Program-made: the position numbers and the translations under genes
Origin: Candidatus Saccharimonadota bacterium
GTDB lineage: Bacteria; Patescibacteriota; Saccharimonadia; Saccharimonadales; Saccharimonadaceae
Direction: 5' to 3'
Assembly (NCBI GenBank): GCA_017460045.1
Contig: JAFUBU010000056.1
Coordinates: 1-46,245, forward strand
Length of the DNA stretch: 46,245 nt
The notes under the pieces: generated by a model
What the model was told of the DNA's origin: nothing
Seen by the model: only the letters and a program-made list of their open reading frames with translations
The model's database searches: none
Part shown: positions 19,678 to 27,721 of the stretch, piece after piece
How positions within the stretch are numbered: the stretch's first letter is position 1
How the letters are laid out: each line of letters opens with the position of its first letter

Positions 19678-21195
19678 CTATTTCGCGTATTCGATGGCGC
19701 GGGTCTCGCGGATGACGTTGACCTTGATAGTCCCAGGGTAAGACATCGTCGCTTCGATCTTGTTAGCGATGTCGCGGGCGAGCTTCAGGGCGGTCAAATC
19801 GTCGATTTGCTTCGGCTCGACAATGACGCGAATTTCGCGGCCAGCGGAGATAGCATAAGCCTTGTCGATACCGGGGAAACTCGTCGCGATATTCTCGAGG
19901 TCACGCATCCGCTCGGCGAAGTTTTCGGCGGAGATATTTCGCGCGCCCGGGCGAGCGGCGGAAATAGCGTCGCAAATCTTGACGATAACGGCCTCAGGGG
20001 TCGTCGCCTCGATGTCGTCGTGGTGGGCGGCGATAGCGTGGACAACTTCGTCCGGCATACCGTATTTCTTGGCGAGCTCAGCGCCGATGTCGGCGTGTTT
20101 GCCTTCGATTTTATGGGTAACAGCCTTGCCGATATCATGCATCAAAGTCGCAGTCTTGGCAATCCTCTTGTCGGCGCCGATTTCCTCGGCAATCATGCCG
20201 GCCATATGGGCCATCTCAATCGAGTGGAGAAGGACGTTTTGGCCGTAGCTCGTACGGAACTTGAGCTCGCCGAGGAGATGAACTAGCTCGCGCGGAATCC
20301 CGACGAGGCCAACCTCGCGAACGGCGTCTTCGCCAGCGCGGACGACTTCCTTTTCGATTTCCTTTTCGGCTTTAGCTACTGCATCTTCAATACTCGCCGG
20401 GTTAATCCGGCCATCTTTCATTAAACGCTCGAGGGCGTAACGGGCGACTTGGCGACGAATCGGGTCGAAGCTCGAAAGAACGACCATCCCCGGAGTATCG
20501 TCGACCATAATATCGACGCCGGTCGCGCGCTGGAGCGCTTGGATATTTCTACCCTCTTTACCGATAATGCGACCCTTAATATCGTCATCCGGGAGCTTCA
20601 AGGCGGTAACAGTCCGATCCGCAGTTACCTCGGAGGACATCCGCTCCATCGCGGTCAAGAGTAGCGCTTGGGCGGTCTCGTCGATATCGTGTTTAATTTC
20701 CTTCTGCTCCTTGGCGACGAGGCCGGCGAGATCTTGCTTGATGTCGTTTTCGGTCATTTTCATCAGCTTTTCTTTCGCCTCGTCCTTCGAGAGACCGGCG
20801 ATTTTCTCGAGCTTTTCATGTTGCTTGGTACGGATATCCTTAATTTCCTGCTTTAGGCTCTCGATTTCCTTCTCGTCGCGGTTCAACTTTTCTTGTTTCT
20901 TCTCGAGCTGATCGAGTTTACTATCGAGGGTCGCTTCGCGCTCGGCGAGACGATTTTCGTTCGCTTTCCACTCGCGACGACGGTCGCTTTCTTCTCTACT
21001 CAAGTCCTCTTGGGCCTTGGTCGCTTGTTTCTTCGCCTCGAGAACAATATCGCCAGCCTCGCGCTTGGCCTTGCTAATAATATCGTCGGCTTTGTTTTTA
21101 CCGCCGTTTTCATTTTTCTTGTTGTACGCAAAAATCGAACCGGCGCCGACGCCCAGTCCTACTACGGCGGCTACAATTATTCCTATAATTTCCAT
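19678..21195 (-). CDS. rny: Ribonuclease Y
   Basis: N-terminal TM helix, coiled coil, KH motif KGRIIGKEGRNI, HD motif MHDIGK, RTSYGQNVL and AARPGAR. Confidence 0.96.
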   Translation of the reverse strand: MEIIGIIVAAVVGLGVGAGSIFAYNKKNENGGKNKADDIISKAKREAGDIVLEAKKQATKAQEDLSREESDRRREWKANENRLAEREATLDSKLDQLEKKQEKLNRDEKEIESLKQEIKDIRTKQHEKLEKIAGLSKDEAKEKLMKMTENDIKQDLAGLVAKEQKEIKHDIDETAQALLLTAMERMSSEVTADRTVTALKLPDDDIKGRIIGKEGRNIQALQRATGVDIMVDDTPGMVVLSSFDPIRRQVARYALERLMKDGRINPASIEDAVAKAEKEIEKEVVRAGEDAVREVGLVGIPRELVHLLGELKFRTSYGQNVLLHSIEMAHMAGMIAEEIGADKRIAKTATLMHDIGKAVTHKIEGKHADIGAELAKKYGMPDEVVHAIAAHHDDIEATTPEAVIVKICDAISAARPGARNISAENFAERMRDLENIATSFPGIDKAYAISAGREIRVIVEPKQIDDLTALKLARDIANKIEATMSYPGTIKVNVIRETRAIEYAK

Positions 21196-21330
21196 AATGT
21201 GCCTTTCTGTGCGGGTACTTTCCTTGCATCCGCGGGTTAATAATATTTATCAAATCTTAAACTCTTAAAATCAAGATCTAGTATTATTATATCACGAGAT
21301 GGGTATTTTTGGCAAGGATTTAGCCGCACC

Positions 21331-21357
21331 AAAAACCTCGCTTGAGAGCGAGGTTTT
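21331..21357 (-). terminator. Intrinsic terminator of the nucleotidyltransferase gene
   Basis: Minus strand CCTCGCT-ctca-AGCGAGG followed by TTTTT, just after the stop. Confidence 0.75.
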
Positions 21358-21360
21358 GAT

Positions 21361-22197
21361 TTATTTCCCGCCGCAGACGACGTTGTTGGCGTGGACCCAG
21401 CCTTCGAGGGTTCCGCCGTCGAGATACTGGCCGTCGGTCTGGGCCGCGCGGAGAATCCCGCCCTTCTCGATATAACTATCAAACGGGTCGGTAATCATAT
21501 ACTCCTGGTCGAGCGGGCCGAAATCGTTAGCATGGACGTACTCGACAATCTCTTTCATCAAATCCGGCGAGATAATATATTTACTAACGCTCGCGATACC
21601 GGTCACTTGCTCCGGGGCAGGCTTTTCGGTAATCTTGGTAATCTTTTCGTCCTCAATCGTCAGAGCGCCGCCATTCAAGAGCGCTTCGTACGGCGAAGTA
21701 ATCCCCACGAGGGCGGACTCGGACGGAGACTTAACCGCCTTTAGGAGCGACTCGGCGCTCGACTCGCCGTTTGGATTCCAGATAAAGTCGTCGCCCATAA
21801 AGACGAACGTCGGCTCGTCCAAATTATACTCCTCAATCGCCATCGCGACCGGAATAGCGGTCCCGTATTTCTGAGACGGGTCTTGGGCGAGGTAGTGGAT
21901 ATGGACATCATCCGGGATAGTCTTGGCCTTTTCGAGGCGATCTTCCTTACCGCGTTCCTTCAAGTAGAGGTTGAGCGCGAGGTTGTCGCCATAATAGGCG
22001 CGGACCTGGCAAGGCTCGACGTTCGAAACAATCATATAAATATCTTTGACGCCAGCTTTAACCAACTCCTGGACAGAGTAGTCCACGAGCGGACGGTTCC
22101 CGACTGGTAACATTGATTTTTCAATAATCTTGGTAATCGGCAAACGCCTAGTGCCCCAGCCGGCAACAGGTATAATCGCCTTCGTAATCTTTTCCAT
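21361..22197 (-). CDS. Sugar-phosphate nucleotidyltransferase (GalU-like)
   Basis: KAIIPVAGWGTRRLPITK..K.MLPV, YGTA, MGDD, EKP and YLDGG. Confidence 0.88.
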   Translation of the reverse strand: MEKITKAIIPVAGWGTRRLPITKIIEKSMLPVGNRPLVDYSVQELVKAGVKDIYMIVSNVEPCQVRAYYGDNLALNLYLKERGKEDRLEKAKTIPDDVHIHYLAQDPSQKYGTAIPVAMAIEEYNLDEPTFVFMGDDFIWNPNGESSAESLLKAVKSPSESALVGITSPYEALLNGGALTIEDEKITKITEKPAPEQVTGIASVSKYIISPDLMKEIVEYVHANDFGPLDQEYMITDPFDSYIEKGGILRAAQTDGQYLDGGTLEGWVHANNVVCGGK

Positions 22198-22229
22198 ACC
22201 GATATAATATCATTTTAGCAACGTTTTGG

Positions 22230-23846
22230 CTAGACCCCTTTAATGAGCGGCTCATGCCAAGAGGTCGGATAATCTTCCTGGCCGAGAAAGAGGGCGAGAG
22301 TCGCGGCGAGGTTGGCAAGGCCGGCGTTCTCGACCTTGGCGAGCTGGTACTTCTTCGCGTTGTCGGTATTGTCGTAAATAATAAACGGTACAGGGCTAGT
22401 CGAATGGGAAGTTTTGGCGACGCCGTTTTCGTCGGTCAGCTCTTCGGCGTTGCCATGGTCCGCGGTAATCAAGAGGACGCCGCCAAGCTCGTCGACTTTC
22501 TTGGCGAGACGGGCGAGTTGGAGATCAATAGCTTCGAGAGCGACGATTGTCGGCTCAAGCTCAGCGAAATGTCCGACCATATCGCCGCCGGGATAGTTAA
22601 GGCGAATAAACCGATAATTCGGAGCTTCTTCGAGAACCTTGTCGGTAATCTCGGCCGACTTCATCCAAGGCCGAGTATTAAACGGCGCGGTATCGGACGG
22701 AATCTCGAGATGGACCTCGCCGGGAGCTTTTTCATAACTATTGCCATTAAAGTAGTAAGTTACATGACCAAATTTAACCGTTTCAGAAATCGCGAGCTCC
22801 GAAAGATTTTTCGAGCCAAGAAAGGCATGGAGAGAATCTTTAAACTCGAGCGGCTCAACGAGACGATGCTCCGGGACATGAGTATCGGAATTGTACTCGG
22901 TCATGCCGACAAAGTAGACGTTCGGGCGGACGTTGCCGACCGTCCCGCGGTCGAAATAGGGGAAGTCGTCGTAGGTAAAAGCTTGGGCAATCTCGATCGC
23001 GCGGTCGGCGCGGAAGTCAATATAGATAAAGGCGTCGCCGTCCTTGACCCGGCCGATCGGCTCGCCATTCCCGTCAACGATGACAAACGGCGGGAGATAT
23101 TGGTCCTGGACCTCGGGGTCTTCGGCGCGGAGGGCGTCAATCGCCTCGCTAGCAGAGAGGAAAGTTTTTTCGGCTTTACCCCAAACGATAGCGTCCCAGC
23201 CGCGCTTGACAATCTCCCAGTCGCTCTCGTAGCGATCCGCGACGTAGACCATCCGGCCGCCACCGGAGGCAATTTTATAGTCGAGCGGGGCTTGGTTCAA
23301 CGAGCCCTTCTCAAGAGCTTTAATAAAATCTTCAAATTCGCGAACGTAAACCTCCGCCGAACGAGGCGGAACGTCGCGGCCGTCGAGGACGGCGTGGACG
23401 CGGACGTGGCGGATACCTTCGGAGTAGGCCCTTTCGACGAGGCGCTTCAAATGGTCAATAGAAGAATGAACCTTGCCGTCGGAGAAGATACCAGAGAGAT
23501 GGAGCGTCAAATCGGGATTTTCGTGGAAACGATCGAGGAGGCCTCGCCAAGCTTCGGATTGCCAAATTGCGCCGGTCTCAAACGCCTCTTCAACGCGCGC
23601 GATGCCCTGTTTAATGATTTGGCCCGAGCCGATAGCGTTGTGGCCAACTTCGGAATTGCCCATGTCGCCCTTTAAGACTCCAACCGCTTCGCCCGAGGCA
23701 AGGAGACCCATAGAAGGATATTTTTTAACAGCATAGTTCAAAAATTCGGTATGCGCAAGTTTGACGGCGTTACCGACAAGCTCGCGACGCAAGCCGACGC
23801 CGTCGAGAATTGCAAGTACAACCGGTCCTTGATATTCTAATTTCAT
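22230..23846 (-). CDS. gpmI: 2,3-bisphosphoglycerate-independent phosphoglycerate mutase
   Basis: LAILDGVG, MGNSEVGH, DGRDVPP, FRADR, DMVGH and TADHGN. Start set to ATG 23846 after SD AAGGAG. Confidence 0.95.
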   Translation of the reverse strand: MKLEYQGPVVLAILDGVGLRRELVGNAVKLAHTEFLNYAVKKYPSMGLLASGEAVGVLKGDMGNSEVGHNAIGSGQIIKQGIARVEEAFETGAIWQSEAWRGLLDRFHENPDLTLHLSGIFSDGKVHSSIDHLKRLVERAYSEGIRHVRVHAVLDGRDVPPRSAEVYVREFEDFIKALEKGSLNQAPLDYKIASGGGRMVYVADRYESDWEIVKRGWDAIVWGKAEKTFLSASEAIDALRAEDPEVQDQYLPPFVIVDGNGEPIGRVKDGDAFIYIDFRADRAIEIAQAFTYDDFPYFDRGTVGNVRPNVYFVGMTEYNSDTHVPEHRLVEPLEFKDSLHAFLGSKNLSELAISETVKFGHVTYYFNGNSYEKAPGEVHLEIPSDTAPFNTRPWMKSAEITDKVLEEAPNYRFIRLNYPGGDMVGHFAELEPTIVALEAIDLQLARLAKKVDELGGVLLITADHGNAEELTDENGVAKTSHSTSPVPFIIYDNTDNAKKYQLAKVENAGLANLAATLALFLGQEDYPTSWHEPLIKGV

Positions 23847-23869
23847 TCCCACTCCTTTTATGCTTATAA

Positions 23870-25051
23870 TTATAGCATACTTTTGATATTTTGTTTATAA
23901 AGTTCGACGCCGGGCTGGTCGAAAGGATTTGCGCCCTGGATTTTCGCCGAGACAGCACAAGCAAGTTCAAAGAAATAAATCAGCCGGCCGAGATTTTCGG
24001 CGTCGAGATTTTTGACCTCGATTTCGAAGACCGGAATCTTGCCGGTCTTGTGTGCGGCGATTGTAGCTTTTTCAGCAATTTCATTATAGCCCTCGAGCGG
24101 GAATTTTAGGAAAGTTTCCATAATATTGCGCCGGCCGTCCTGGAGATACTGGCCGAGAGAATGAAGGTCGGTCGTATAGACGACGCTCGCCGGGAAAATA
24201 CCTTTGCCGCCTTTCCCTTCCGACTCGCCGAAAAGTTGTTTCCACCATTCTTCGAAAGTCTGGAGCTCGGGCTCAAAAACGGCGAGAACCTCGACGTCGT
24301 GGTACTTTCCATGGTATCTTTGTCTCAAGGTCGCATAGGAAAGCGCCGGGAGTTCGCTCGGGACATTAGAATTTTTGGCGAAGTTTTCAAAGAATTCGCC
24401 TTTTTCTTTTCTCGCGCCATCAAGTAGTGCATCAATATTAACGCCGGCGACAGCGAGCGGGAAAAGCCCAACCGCGGTCAAGACGGAGTAGCGCCCGCCG
24501 ATGTTATCGGGGACAATAAAAGTCTCGTAGCCCATTTCCTCGGCCTCGTCATGGAGCGCGCCATGGCGAGCGTCGGTCGTCGCAAAAATGCGGCTTCTTA
24601 TCCGGTCGTCGTACTTATATCGCTCTTTTAGCTTAGCCTTTAAGGCCTCAAAGGCAAGCGAAGGCTCGAGGGTCGTACCAGATTTAGAGATAACGTTAAT
24701 CGAAAAATCCTTACCCTCGATTTCGTCTAGGACTTTATCAAGCGATTTTTGGCTTAAGTTGTTGCCGGCGTAGAGAATTTTCGTCTTCGAAGTCGGCTCG
24801 AGGGCGTCGATAATAGCCTTATGCCCAAGATAAGAGCCGCCAATCCCAATACAAACGAGGTAGTCGGAATTGTCGTTAACTCTTTTTGCAAGGGTTTTAA
24901 TTTTGTCCAGCTCGATTCGGTTAATAGGGGCTGGGAGCCAGCCAGCCATCGGGTCGCTCCTAATTTCTTCGACCGCTCGCTTCGCCGAGCTTAAATCAAG
25001 ATTTTTAGTATCGTCTCCCCCCTCGGGATTAGTTGCGCTAAAGGTTATCAT
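23870..25051 (-). CDS. pgi: Glucose-6-phosphate isomerase
   Basis: IGIGGSYLG, ISKSGTTLE, GGRYSVLT, WWKQLFGESEGK, DLHSLGQ and PFDQPGVE.YK. Confidence 0.95.
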   Translation of the reverse strand: MITFSATNPEGGDDTKNLDLSSAKRAVEEIRSDPMAGWLPAPINRIELDKIKTLAKRVNDNSDYLVCIGIGGSYLGHKAIIDALEPTSKTKILYAGNNLSQKSLDKVLDEIEGKDFSINVISKSGTTLEPSLAFEALKAKLKERYKYDDRIRSRIFATTDARHGALHDEAEEMGYETFIVPDNIGGRYSVLTAVGLFPLAVAGVNIDALLDGARKEKGEFFENFAKNSNVPSELPALSYATLRQRYHGKYHDVEVLAVFEPELQTFEEWWKQLFGESEGKGGKGIFPASVVYTTDLHSLGQYLQDGRRNIMETFLKFPLEGYNEIAEKATIAAHKTGKIPVFEIEVKNLDAENLGRLIYFFELACAVSAKIQGANPFDQPGVELYKQNIKSML

Positions 25052-25098
25052 AAGAATATTATAGCATAGATTGGGAGAAAAGCTTCCTGATGCGGCAG

Positions 25099-25206
25099 GG
25101 GCTAAAGCAACTCAGTTTGCGAGTCTGACAGTAGCAAGAAGCAAATCTAAGGTTCGCGAACGCTACTCGCCGAATGGAGATGCCAAGGGCTAAAGCAACT
25201 CAGTTT
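25099..25206. repeat. 20-bp direct repeat
   Basis: GGGCTAAAGCAACTCAGTTT at 25099-25118 and 25187-25206. Confidence 0.75.
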
Positions 25207-25237
25207 ATGTGTCTGTTTCGCTTACGTCCGATGTCCG

Positions 25238-25427
25238 CCAGAAGAACTGCCGAGAGCTCCTTTTCCGAACGGGAGATTTCTCGCCCTTTGAAATTACAAC
25301 GCTCGGGCGGAGTCTCGCCCAAATTCCGCTTCGCTCCAGTTCGGGACTCAACTCCGCGAGCGTTGGTAATTTCTCGGGGAGAAATCTCTTTATTGTTCTG
25401 AAAAGGACTCCCGGCCAGTTCTTCTGG
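25238..25427. repeat. Long palindromic element, intergenic copy of the family inserted in sbcB
   Basis: The 133-bp core 25266-25398 aligns without gaps to 34815-34947 (15 differences by manual count). Imperfect outer IR CCAGAAGAACTG...CAGTTCTTCTGG. Confidence 0.9.
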
Positions 25428-25820
25428 AGGCCGCCCGGCGGAAGATCATTGTATCAAAAAATGCTCATTTTTTCAATGTTGTAATTTTGACTGTTGTAGA
25501 ATTGTATTTCTTACAAGCGGTTTGAGAGTGTTAGCCATAAGGTTAGTGAAACGGCCTAGCATCTTATGAAAAAGGTAGTGCTGGAGTTTTTCTGTAGGAT
25601 ATGATATTTGCCATAGGGCCTCATGAAAATCAAGGCTTGTTTTTGCTTAATCTGTCTCTTAGAATTAAGAGTGGGTCGGGAGTTGATTAGCTCGTCGGTA
25701 GAGAATGGGTATCGCTCCGCGGGTGGGGCAACAACTGCGAGAATACCGATTCTGGTCATTCTAGTTAAAACTAGGGTTTCCTGTTTTCGTGGGATTTACA
25801 ATGGAGAAAGGAGGACGAAC

Positions 25821-25904
25821 ATGACACTTTTAGATGTAAGAATCTTGAGGGCATTTCGCCTTCGTCTTGTTGTAACTCGCAACAAGAAACCTCGCCGTAA
25901 GTAG
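25821..25904 (+). CDS. Putative 27-aa basic peptide
   Basis: Strong SD AAGGAGG 6 nt before the ATG; MTLLDVRILRAFRLRLVVTRNKKPRRK*. Confidence 0.45.
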   Translation: MTLLDVRILRAFRLRLVVTRNKKPRRK

Positions 25905-25960
25905 CGAGGCCCCTAACCTGCAACCAAGAAGTGATATAATACTAGATAATATCATTTCTT
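25881..25960 (-). ncRNA. Putative ~80-nt antisense small RNA
   Basis: Minus-strand TTGCAA (25990-25995)-17 bp-TATAAT (25967-25972), then a CCTCGC/GCGAGG hairpin with a TTTCTTGTT tail at 25881-25909. Confidence 0.4.
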
Positions 25961-26022
25961 GGTTGCATTATACGATAAATGGTTATGATTTGCAAGACTT
26001 TTTACAAGATTTTAACGAGAAG

Positions 26023-27651
26023 TTAAATTACGCGGGAGACTTCGTCGAGAGTGGTCTCCCCGCGGAGCGCGGCTAGTACGCCTTTCTGCTCGAGCGTCAG
26101 TAGCCCGGCCGCCTTCGCCGTATCTTCGATCGTCTTGGTATCTATATCAGTAATATCGCCACGAATAAAGGAGGCAATCTCGTCCGTAACAACTAGCTGC
26201 TCCATAATTACCGTCCGCCCTTTATACCCAAACGGGTATTCTTCCGACACGACCGGTCGGCAGAGCGTAATATCGCCGAGATTGATATCGTGGTCCCTAA
26301 GTACTCTTTCCGGGACTCCTTCAAAAACTTTTTCGATATAGCGTCGCGTCGCGTCGTCTGGTCGATACATCTCTTTATTTTCGGCCAATTTTCGGACCAA
26401 CCTCTGCGCCATGACGAGTCGAATCGAGCTCGAGAAAATCGGATTCTGGCCAATCATATCAATCATCCGCGAAAACGCCGCCGCGGTCGAGTTGGCATGG
26501 AACGAACTTAGGACTAAGTGGCCCGTAATCGAAGCCTGAATCGCCGTCCGCGCCGTATCGGTATCGCGAATCTCCCCAACCATAACGACGTCCGGGTCGA
26601 GACGTAGAACGCTCCGTAGCCCGTCCGCGAACGACGCGCCCCCGGTCGTATCAATCGGTATCTGCGAAATCCCGGTAATTCCATACTCAATCGGGTCTTC
26701 AAGCGTAATAATTTTCCGGTCGGTAGAGTTGAGTGCGTTTAATATTGAGTACAAGGTCGTCGACTTACCAGAGCCGGTCGGGCCGACCATCAAGACTAAC
26801 CCCCTCGGGTGGGAAATTACTTCGTCAATCTCCGCCCGCTCGTCTTTCGAGAGCCCGAGCAAATCGAGGTTTAATAAAGTCTCGTCAAAGTTGAAGAGTC
26901 GGAGAACCGCGTCTTGCCCGTACATCGTTGGGACCGTCTCAACGCGAATATTTAAAAGGTGCGAAGTCCCGTTTTGCTCAATATCTTTTTGCATATGCCC
27001 AGATTGAGCCGTCGTCGCGGCGGTCGAAATCCCCGCCCTCGACGAAAGCTCGCCCATAAAAATCCGGTAGCGGTCTTTATTGATGTCGGCGACCGGATGT
27101 AAAATCCCGTCGACGCGCATCCGAATCCGAATTTTATCGCGCATATTTTCAATATGAATATCCGACGCCCCGAGCTTGTCCGCCTGGTCTAGTAAGAAAT
27201 CGAAGACCTTATCCGTCCCGACTTCGTTCAGGGTCTTGGAGACCGACTCGAGCGTCTCCGAGTCGCCTTCTTTAGCAATCCGAATATCGTCATAAACCGT
27301 CTCGACCGGCGGGTCGTATCTTAGCATAAAAACTTTGTAAGCCGAATTCGAAATCAAGAAGAAATCGGTCCGCTCGCCCTGCTCTTCGTAATCTCGCCGG
27401 ATTTCCTGGATAACCGAGCGCGGGGTCTGGGTCGTAATCATAAACTGGTAATGCTCCGCTCCGCCGCCTTTTTGTAGAGGAATAATATAGTCCTTGTGCA
27501 TCTGCTCGACCGACAGAAGTTCGGATACTAGCGGGATTTCCCGCTCAAAACTTCGCGTATCAAGATACGGGAAGCCGAGAATTCTCGCCCGCGTCCTCGT
27601 CGAGTCCTCTTCATTATTCCGACGGTTTTGCTGGATTTCCGATTCGTCCAT
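26023..27651 (-). CDS. Type IV pilus/T2SS assembly ATPase (PilB/GspE family)
   Basis: ASDIHIE, RVDG.L, Walker A GPTGSGKSTT, TLEDPIEY, LRLDPDVVMVGEIRD, His box TGHLVLSSFH and GYKGR. Confidence 0.93.
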   Translation of the reverse strand: MDESEIQQNRRNNEEDSTRTRARILGFPYLDTRSFEREIPLVSELLSVEQMHKDYIIPLQKGGGAEHYQFMITTQTPRSVIQEIRRDYEEQGERTDFFLISNSAYKVFMLRYDPPVETVYDDIRIAKEGDSETLESVSKTLNEVGTDKVFDFLLDQADKLGASDIHIENMRDKIRIRMRVDGILHPVADINKDRYRIFMGELSSRAGISTAATTAQSGHMQKDIEQNGTSHLLNIRVETVPTMYGQDAVLRLFNFDETLLNLDLLGLSKDERAEIDEVISHPRGLVLMVGPTGSGKSTTLYSILNALNSTDRKIITLEDPIEYGITGISQIPIDTTGGASFADGLRSVLRLDPDVVMVGEIRDTDTARTAIQASITGHLVLSSFHANSTAAAFSRMIDMIGQNPIFSSSIRLVMAQRLVRKLAENKEMYRPDDATRRYIEKVFEGVPERVLRDHDINLGDITLCRPVVSEEYPFGYKGRTVIMEQLVVTDEIASFIRGDITDIDTKTIEDTAKAAGLLTLEQKGVLAALRGETTLDEVSRVI

Positions 27652-27721
27652 GATACTATTATAGCATAAGCAGAAAGCCTACGGACTAATTTTATTAAAA
27701 TTAACTCGTAGGCTTCTCGCT

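Noticed and set aside
22254-23675. 473-aa ORF antisense to gpmI, and many similar antisense ORFs (e.g. 1723-2346, 28268-28996, 14262-14792)
   Set aside because: They lie opposite well-supported genes, have no recognisable motifs or start signals, and are explained by scarce TTA/CTA/TCA codons on the coding strand.
25174-25484. ORFs 25174-25401 and 25209-25484, and likewise ORFs over 35813-36099
   Set aside because: They are translations of palindromic repeat DNA with no start signals.
25556-25820. ORF 25556-25759 (-) and the upstream part of 25623-25904 (+)
   Set aside because: No SD or leaderless promoter and no recognisable protein features; only the SD-preceded last 27 codons were kept.
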